Assembly: GCA_025358075.1 (NCBI GenBank)
Contig: JANYKU010000020.1
Coordinates: 428-64,427, forward strand
DNA: 64,000 nt
Reading direction: 5' to 3'
From: Ilumatobacteraceae bacterium
GTDB taxonomy: Bacteria > Actinomycetota > Acidimicrobiia > Acidimicrobiales > Ilumatobacteraceae
Every line of letters starts with the position of its first letter. Within the stretch, counting starts at the first letter, position 1. The position numbers and the translations under genes are program-made. A model generated the notes under the pieces. That model ran no database searches, was not told the DNA's origin, and worked only from the letters and a program-made list of their open reading frames with translations. Positions 57,495-64,000 of this stretch are shown here, in pieces.

Positions 57495-58397
57495 ATGCTG
57501 AACTCTATGACCGCACCATGGACCCTCACGCCGATCACCGGGGTGTTTGGCGTCGAGCTCACCGGGGCCTGCACACGCGACGGTCTCGACGGCGGATGGT
57601 TGTCATCCATGCTCGAGGATCATCGCCTGTTGGTGCTTCGCGACCAACACCTCACACACGCCGAGCAGGTCGCTCTGGCCCGCGAGCTCGGTGAGCCGAC
57701 GCCGGCGCACCCGGTGATACCGGGTCATCCCGACTTCCCCGAGATCCTCGAACAGGACGGGGCGAAGGGCGGTCGAAACGCTCGGTGGCATACCGACGTC
57801 ACGTTCGTGCCGAGCCCGCCGGCGGCGTCGGTGCTCGTCGGCGATGCGACACCGATCTTCGGCGGCGACACGATGTTCGCCGACACTCGTACCTCCTACG
57901 AACGCCTGGCCGAGCCGTTGCGACGGATGGTCGATCAGCTCGAGGCTGTCCATCGCATCTCACCGCTGGCGTACTGGGGAGAACCGTTCGACTCGGCGCT
58001 CGATCGCACCGACGCCCAGCAGCTGTTCGATGACTCCGCCAAGGTCCCGCCGGTGATCCACCCGGTCGTCCGAGTACACCCGACAACGGGCCGGCCGAAC
58101 CTGTTCGTCAACCCCGGGTTCACCAGCCACATCGTCGGTGTGTCGCGGATCGAGAGCGACGGCCTGCTGCGGATGCTGTACGAGCACATGACCCAGCCCG
58201 AGTTCGTGCTGCGTCATCGCTGGCGTGACGGCGACGTCGTCATCTGGGACAACCGCGCCACCATGCACTACGCCGTCGACGACTACGGCACCACAGAGCG
58301 GCGGGTGCGCCGGGTGACCATCCGCGGTGGGCTGCCCGTGGGCCCCACCGGCGTCGAGAGTCGAATCGTGGTCGACCCGTTGATCGCCGTGCGCTGA
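57495..58397 (+). CDS. TauD/TfdA family Fe(II)/2-oxoglutarate dioxygenase
   Basis: The ATG at 57495 lies inside ORF 56601..58397. Motifs are WHTDVTF (HxD), GGDTMFAD and DNRATMHYAVDDY. Confidence 0.85.
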   Translation: MLNSMTAPWTLTPITGVFGVELTGACTRDGLDGGWLSSMLEDHRLLVLRDQHLTHAEQVALARELGEPTPAHPVIPGHPDFPEILEQDGAKGGRNARWHTDVTFVPSPPAASVLVGDATPIFGGDTMFADTRTSYERLAEPLRRMVDQLEAVHRISPLAYWGEPFDSALDRTDAQQLFDDSAKVPPVIHPVVRVHPTTGRPNLFVNPGFTSHIVGVSRIESDGLLRMLYEHMTQPEFVLRHRWRDGDVVIWDNRATMHYAVDDYGTTERRVRRVTIRGGLPVGPTGVESRIVVDPLIAVR

Positions 58398-58416
58398 CCG
58401 CTGTACTACGGCGCCG

Positions 58417-58596
58417 TCACTCGAAGGCGCAGAACTCGTTGCCCTCCGGGTCGGCCATGACCCACCAGCCGATCTCGTCGTCCTTTGGCCGCAGCAACGT
58501 CGCGCCGGAGTCGACGAGGCCATCGATGGTCGCGTCGACGAGCTTCACGTCCCAGTGAACGCGGTTCTTCACCGTCTTCGGTGCTTCGCCGGGCAT
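58417..58596 (-). pseudogene. Probable remnant: C-terminal half of a VOC/glyoxalase-like protein (59 codons)
   Basis: My own translation is MPGEAPKTVKNRVHWDVKLVDATIDGLVDSGATLLRPKDDEIGWWVMADPEGNEFCAFE. It matches only the second half of the roughly 120-aa family. It falls below the 60-aa cutoff of the track. Its ATG is only 11 nt from the divergent GTG at 58608. Confidence 0.4.
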
Positions 58597-58607
58597 ACGG
58601 TTGCAGC

Positions 58608-59021
58608 GTGACGTGGACGTGCCCGCAATGCCAGCGTCAGTTCGCTCGCACCCGGCAGGGTCACGAGTGCGCTCCGGCGATGACGGTGGAGGAGTACTTC
58701 AGCACCGGGCCAAGCTTCGAGCGACCGGTGTTCGACGTGGTGATGGCGCATCTGCGCACGCTCGGCGAACCGTTCATCGAGCCCGTCTCTGTCGGCGTGT
58801 TCGTGAAGCGCAACGGCATTCGCGTGTTGCAGTTGCGACCGATGACCAACTGGGTCGCGCTGTGCCTGTTCCTGCCGCGCATCGTGCGCGACCGGCGAAT
58901 CTCCCGCAAGCCGATCGAGGCCGGACGGGCCGTGTACCACGTGGTGAATGTGCGTGGGCCCGAGGAAGTCGACGACACCGTGAGGGAGTGGATCACCGAG
59001 GCGTGGGACTTGGCGGGGTGA
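58608..59021 (+). CDS. DUF5655-like protein with N-terminal zinc-ribbon
   Basis: The GTG at 58608 lies inside ORF 58485..59021. The start reads VTWTCPQCQRQFARTRQGHEC, followed by FERPVFDVVMAHLRTLGE...FVKRNGIRVLQLRPM. Confidence 0.55.
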   Translation: MTWTCPQCQRQFARTRQGHECAPAMTVEEYFSTGPSFERPVFDVVMAHLRTLGEPFIEPVSVGVFVKRNGIRVLQLRPMTNWVALCLFLPRIVRDRRISRKPIEAGRAVYHVVNVRGPEEVDDTVREWITEAWDLAG

Positions 59022-59038
59022 CGGACTGCGCCTCGAGC

Positions 59039-59311
59039 GATGTAGAGGTACTCGTAGCGGTCCTTGCAGAAGCGGAAGTAGACCATCGACTTCACTCCGG
59101 TTGACGGGTTGATCACGATTGGCTCGCCGACGCCGGCACTCTCGAAGGTGGAACCGTCGACCGGCGCAAAGGGCGTGCACGAGGTCGCCCTCGCCAACGG
59201 CGCTGCCGGAGCAGTTCGTGCGCCGGTACCGCAGGCCACCATCAACACAGCCGCAAGACCAACGAGAACCGATCGCCTGGTTCGTGTGCTTCGCGTTGGT
59301 TCGTTGCTCAT
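59039..59311 (-). pseudogene. 5' fragment of a secreted-protein paralogue (a truncated copy of gene 59357..60226)
   Basis: The first 91 residues of ORF 58661..59311 carry a lipobox signal (VLVGLAAVLMVAC). The segment ATSCTPFAPVDGSTFESAGVGEPIVINPSTGVKSMVYFRFCKDRYEYLYI aligns with ATSCTPWAFVDGSNLAGIGLVSATVINPATGLMSQVFFRICNGTYQFVYV in the neighbouring gene. After about 59039 the ORF is only antisense to the DUF5655 gene. Confidence 0.5.
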
Positions 59312-59356
59312 GCATCAGGGATGCACGGAGTGCGGCGCGATTCGGAAAGCCTGTGG

Positions 59357-60226
59357 TCAGCCGCCGATGGTCTGGATCTCTTGCACGCCCATCTTGATCG
59401 GCGTCGTCGTGCGCAAGTCGGCGAGCGTGCCGGTGGCGCCGTTGGTCGCCTGCCACGACACCTTCCAGACGATCGTGACCGACCCGTGGTAGTGCAGGTC
59501 GGTCGTGCCAGTGACCTTGGCCACCGACGGATATGCCGGAGTCCATGCGCACCCACCCGCGACGGACGTGGTCGATCCCCAGGGTTGGCAGCTGATGTTG
59601 GTGCTGTCGCCGGCGACACGCGATCCGGTGGCCCACTCGATGTTGGTCGGTTCGGCGGTGACGGTTGCGGACAGACCTGGGATGGTCGCGGTCGCCGTGA
59701 CCGGCTGCCGTGGTGTGACGCCGAGCCACGTCTCGAAGTTGACGATCATCTTGTCGATCGGTGGTGAGAACGCAACCTCGGGTTTGCCCACCAGTGCCGT
59801 GGCCTTTTGGTAGGCGACCCGGGCCACGTCGGTGGGAGAGAATGGTCCGACATACACGAACTGGTATGTGCCGTTGCAGATCCGGAAGAAGACCTGCGAC
59901 ATCAAACCCGTCGCCGGATTGATCACCGTCGCTGAGACCAAGCCGATGCCGGCCAAGTTGGACCCGTCGACGAACGCCCATGGCGTGCACGACGTAGCGC
60001 CCGCCGGCTTGGACACCCCACCGTTGACCGCCCCAATCACCCAAGTAGAAATCGACGCCTCACCGCCCGCGTTGCTTGTGCCGCCGCCCCCGCCCGGAAG
60101 TTCGGCTGCATTGACGGGCGCCGCGACGAGCATCAGTGCAAGGAGCGGAACGAGTATCAGGCCGCGGGTGGGCACAAGCTTCCCTCGCCAAGTCGTTCCA
60201 ACTCTTGTTGCTCGCCAACGCGCCAA
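59357..60226 (-). CDS. Secreted hypothetical protein (full-length paralogue)
   Basis: The signal reads GLILVPLLALMLVAAPVNA, followed by a Gly-rich stretch and then a beta-rich region with conserved Cys residues. The start is probably the GTG at 60175, because the 60226 start overlaps the upstream gene by 70 nt. Confidence 0.6.
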   Translation of the reverse strand: MARWRATRVGTTWRGKLVPTRGLILVPLLALMLVAAPVNAAELPGGGGGTSNAGGEASISTWVIGAVNGGVSKPAGATSCTPWAFVDGSNLAGIGLVSATVINPATGLMSQVFFRICNGTYQFVYVGPFSPTDVARVAYQKATALVGKPEVAFSPPIDKMIVNFETWLGVTPRQPVTATATIPGLSATVTAEPTNIEWATGSRVAGDSTNISCQPWGSTTSVAGGCAWTPAYPSVAKVTGTTDLHYHGSVTIVWKVSWQATNGATGTLADLRTTTPIKMGVQEIQTIGG

Positions 60227-60807
60227 CTGTCGCCCTCGAAGAAGGTGCGGTATTGATAGCGCACACTGACAATCTGATCGTCCATAACCGTAGGAAGCCC
60301 GTCAGGTCCGATCGGTCCCATCACCGCTCCGGCGTCGTATGCGCAGAAGACAGCTGTTGCCTCGACGGCGGAAACGAAAGCCACAGATTCCGCAACGACG
60401 TACGATCCGCGAGTATCGGTCGAGAAATAGAAGCCCTGCTTCGTCATGCCGTTTGCCAGTTCGGTCACAATCGATCGCGAACGTCCCTCGCTGGCTGTGA
60501 ACGTGGCGGGGTCGCACGTTGCCGGGGTAACTCCGCATTGGTGGTAAGCGGTCAGATAGTCCTGAACGGCTTGTTTGATCAGGGACTCGGTCGGCACGGT
60601 GGTGGTCGTTGTCGCCTGCGGGGTCGTGGGGGTGGTGCTGCTGGTCGTCGGCGCTGAAGTCGTCGAGGAAGTGGTGGAGGTCGAAGCCGCGGTAGTCGCA
60701 ACGGTTGTGGCGATCACGGGCGGGATCGTCGTCGGAGCGGCGGTTCCCGCCGAACTACAGGCAGCCAAGAGCAGAGCTATCGCGCCGACAATGATCAATC
60801 GCTTCAT
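60157..60807 (-). CDS. Hypothetical lipoprotein with Thr/Ser-rich linker
   Basis: The signal/lipobox is MKRLIIVGAIALLLAAC. A Thr/Ser/Pro/Ala linker of about 55 aa precedes a C-terminal domain of about 140 aa containing 4 Cys. Confidence 0.65.
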   Translation of the reverse strand: MKRLIIVGAIALLLAACSSAGTAAPTTIPPVIATTVATTAASTSTTSSTTSAPTTSSTTPTTPQATTTTTVPTESLIKQAVQDYLTAYHQCGVTPATCDPATFTASEGRSRSIVTELANGMTKQGFYFSTDTRGSYVVAESVAFVSAVEATAVFCAYDAGAVMGPIGPDGLPTVMDDQIVSVRYQYRTFFEGDSWRVGEQQELERLGEGSLCPPAA

Positions 60808-60936
60808 CTATTGCACCCACTGCAATTGTTTCGCACGGCTATTCCGCTAGCCGCACTATGTCTACGAAGCCTACCCGCGGTGCGCTCATCACCTGCAAAG
60901 AGCGACATCGAACGGCCGCAAGCGGAAGCGAGTGCC

Positions 60937-60983
60937 GAACTTTGGTAGCACGCGGCCATCGTGGCCGTGAGAAACCAAAGTTC
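60937..60983. other. Nested hairpin in a 234-nt ORF-free spacer
   Basis: The outer arms GAACTTTGGT and ACCAAAGTTC are perfect 10-bp complements. They enclose an inner stem CACGCGGCCA/TGGCCGTG with a 3-nt loop. The hairpin lies 58 nt downstream of the ABC-F stop on the minus strand and has no U-tract. Confidence 0.35.
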
Positions 60984-61041
60984 CAGGCCGGCGGGTCGGC
61001 GGCGGCGGCCAGGCGCGCGCGGCGGCGTTCTGATCGAGCGT

Positions 61042-62721
<1,680 letters not shown>

Positions 62722-62791
62722 TGCGCTGTCGAGGCATTGGCTCCTCGTGGCCCGAGGGCTGAGGTTCGGCCGATCTGGGTACCGTGAGGAT

Positions 62792-63424
62792 GTGACCATC
62801 ACCGCCGACGAACGTGCATCAATGTGTGATCTGTTCGAAGAGGTCGGTCCCGACGCGCCGACGCTGTGCGAGGGATGGACGACCCGCGACCTGCTCGCTC
62901 ATCTGCTTGTGCGCGAGCGGCGTCCCGACGCGGCCGGAGGCATCGCCATTCCGTTCCTCGCCAAGCGGACCGAGCAGGTGATGGCGCAGATCGCCGACAA
63001 GCCCTACGAGGACACGATCGAACAGTTCCGTAGCGGTCCTCCGATCTGGTCGCCGTTCGCGGTCCCGGTGCTCGGCGACAAGGCCAACCTCGTCGAGTTC
63101 TTCGTGCATCACGAAGACATCCGTCGCGCCCAGCCGGATTGGGAAGCGCGACCCGAAGATCACGCTCGCGACGACGCCTTGTGGAAGGTGCTGAAGCTGA
63201 TGGGTCGGCTTCTTTATCGCCGCTCTCCCGTCGGCGTTGTTCTACACAGCGTCGGTCGAACCGATCTGGTCGTCAAGAAGGGTGACCCGGGCGTGATCGT
63301 GGTCGGCTTGCCGGGCGAGATCGTGTTGCACGCGTATGGTCGACACCTCGACAAGGTCCGTCTCGTTGTGCAAGGCAAGCCGAACGACATTGAGGCATTC
63401 CAGACATCCCCGAGAGGTTTGTAG
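62792..63424 (+). CDS. TIGR03085-type DinB-fold protein (mycothiol MDMPI-like)
   Basis: The GTG at 62792 lies inside ORF 62645..63424. Motifs are ERASMCDLFEEVGPDAPTLCEGWTTRDLLAHLLVRE and FFVHHEDIRRA. Confidence 0.75.
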   Translation: MTITADERASMCDLFEEVGPDAPTLCEGWTTRDLLAHLLVRERRPDAAGGIAIPFLAKRTEQVMAQIADKPYEDTIEQFRSGPPIWSPFAVPVLGDKANLVEFFVHHEDIRRAQPDWEARPEDHARDDALWKVLKLMGRLLYRRSPVGVVLHSVGRTDLVVKKGDPGVIVVGLPGEIVLHAYGRHLDKVRLVVQGKPNDIEAFQTSPRGL

Positions 63425-63510
63425 TCACCAGCGCGGTCGGCCAATGTGCCGAACGGCCCATTTTGGGGCGCACCTATTTACGCCTGGGCGGGTAGGACCG
63501 ATACTGCGGC

Positions 63511-64000
63511 ATGGCTACGAAATTGCTCCCGCTCCGCAGGGCAGACACGTGCAACGGCTGTGGCGGCGAGGTCGCCGTTGGCACGCAGGTGTGGTGGGAC
63601 CCGGTCACCAAGAAGGCCGAGTGCTCGAAATGTCGGGCCACCGCGGTGCAGCAGACGCGTGCTCCATCGGTTGGGACCAACCGTTCAGGTTTGGCGGCAC
63701 ATCTGCATCAAGAACTTCACGGACGCGCTGTGGTGCTCGACGACCGCAGAGTGCCCGGAGCGAAGGTGGCCGTCACGCACATCGTGATTGCGCCTTCGGG
63801 CGTTTGGGTCGTCGAGGCCAAGGATCTGACCGGCCGCGTCGAACGTCGTGACGTTGGCGGTTGGTTCAGGGTCGACGAGCGTCTGTACGTTGCCGGCAAG
63901 GACCGAAGCCACCTTGTCGACGGACTCGACCTACATGTGATCGCGATCGAGAACCTGCTCGCTCAGGCGGGCCTCACCTCCGTGCCGGTGCACGCCGCGC
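63511..64000 (+). CDS. NERD domain protein with N-terminal zinc-ribbon; the 3' end runs off the right edge
   Basis: My own translation from the ATG at 63511 is MATKLLPLRRADTCNGCGGEVAVGTQVWWDPVTKKAECSKCRA...VTHIVIAPSGVWVVEAKDLTGRVERRD...LYVAGKDRSHLVDGL. There is no stop before base 64000, so it is absent from the ORF track. Confidence 0.7.
   Translation, partial: MATKLLPLRRADTCNGCGGEVAVGTQVWWDPVTKKAECSKCRATAVQQTRAPSVGTNRSGLAAHLHQELHGRAVVLDDRRVPGAKVAVTHIVIAPSGVWVVEAKDLTGRVERRDVGGWFRVDERLYVAGKDRSHLVDGLDLHVIAIENLLAQAGLTSVPVHAA

Noticed and set aside
58400-60900. I considered that the lower-GC islet is a prophage or integrative-element remnant.
   Set aside because: There is no integrase, transposase, tRNA attachment site or flanking direct repeat visible. 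I report it only as a rearranged locus.

Overview
This is a gene-dense chromosomal segment that is visibly high in GC (not computed). It most likely comes from an Actinomycetota genome. The markers for that are three mycothiol-type DinB/MDMPI paralogues, F420 cofC, a PafBC-like WYL pair, HU with a Lys/Ala tail, and Thr/Pro-rich lipoprotein linkers. A more specific Acidimicrobiia-like placement is only a guess. I call about 70 protein genes, and two of them run off the window edges and are therefore missing from the ORF track. The content is mostly core metabolism: glycogen genes (glgA, glgC, debranching enzyme, GH63), pgl-pgi, argG, prfC, gpsA, rnhB, sulfite reductase, CBS plus cystathionine gamma-lyase, selD, a Liv-type ABC importer, and exported peptidases. 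I saw no rRNA, tRNA, CRISPR array, transposase or integrase. Many long ORFs in the track are antisense or out-of-frame shadows typical of high-GC DNA and were discarded. The best leads are listed here in order. (1) The HU core and its Lys/Ala-rich histone-like tail are encoded as two ORFs on one terminated transcript. (2) An orphan PafBC-like WYL regulator pair is embedded in a run of nuclease and nucleotide-handling genes (DEDDh exonuclease, PIN-PhoH2, HIT, DUF429). (3) Two copies of a ~48-nt palindromic element exactly bracket a hydrolase plus MmyB-like regulator pair. (4) A rearranged islet at 58.4-60.9 kb holds truncated genes and a family of secreted paralogues. (5) An orphan Cys-type selD lies in a sulfur/selenium-flavoured neighbourhood. 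None of these is proven. Family names rest on motifs I recognise by eye, and no database search was run.
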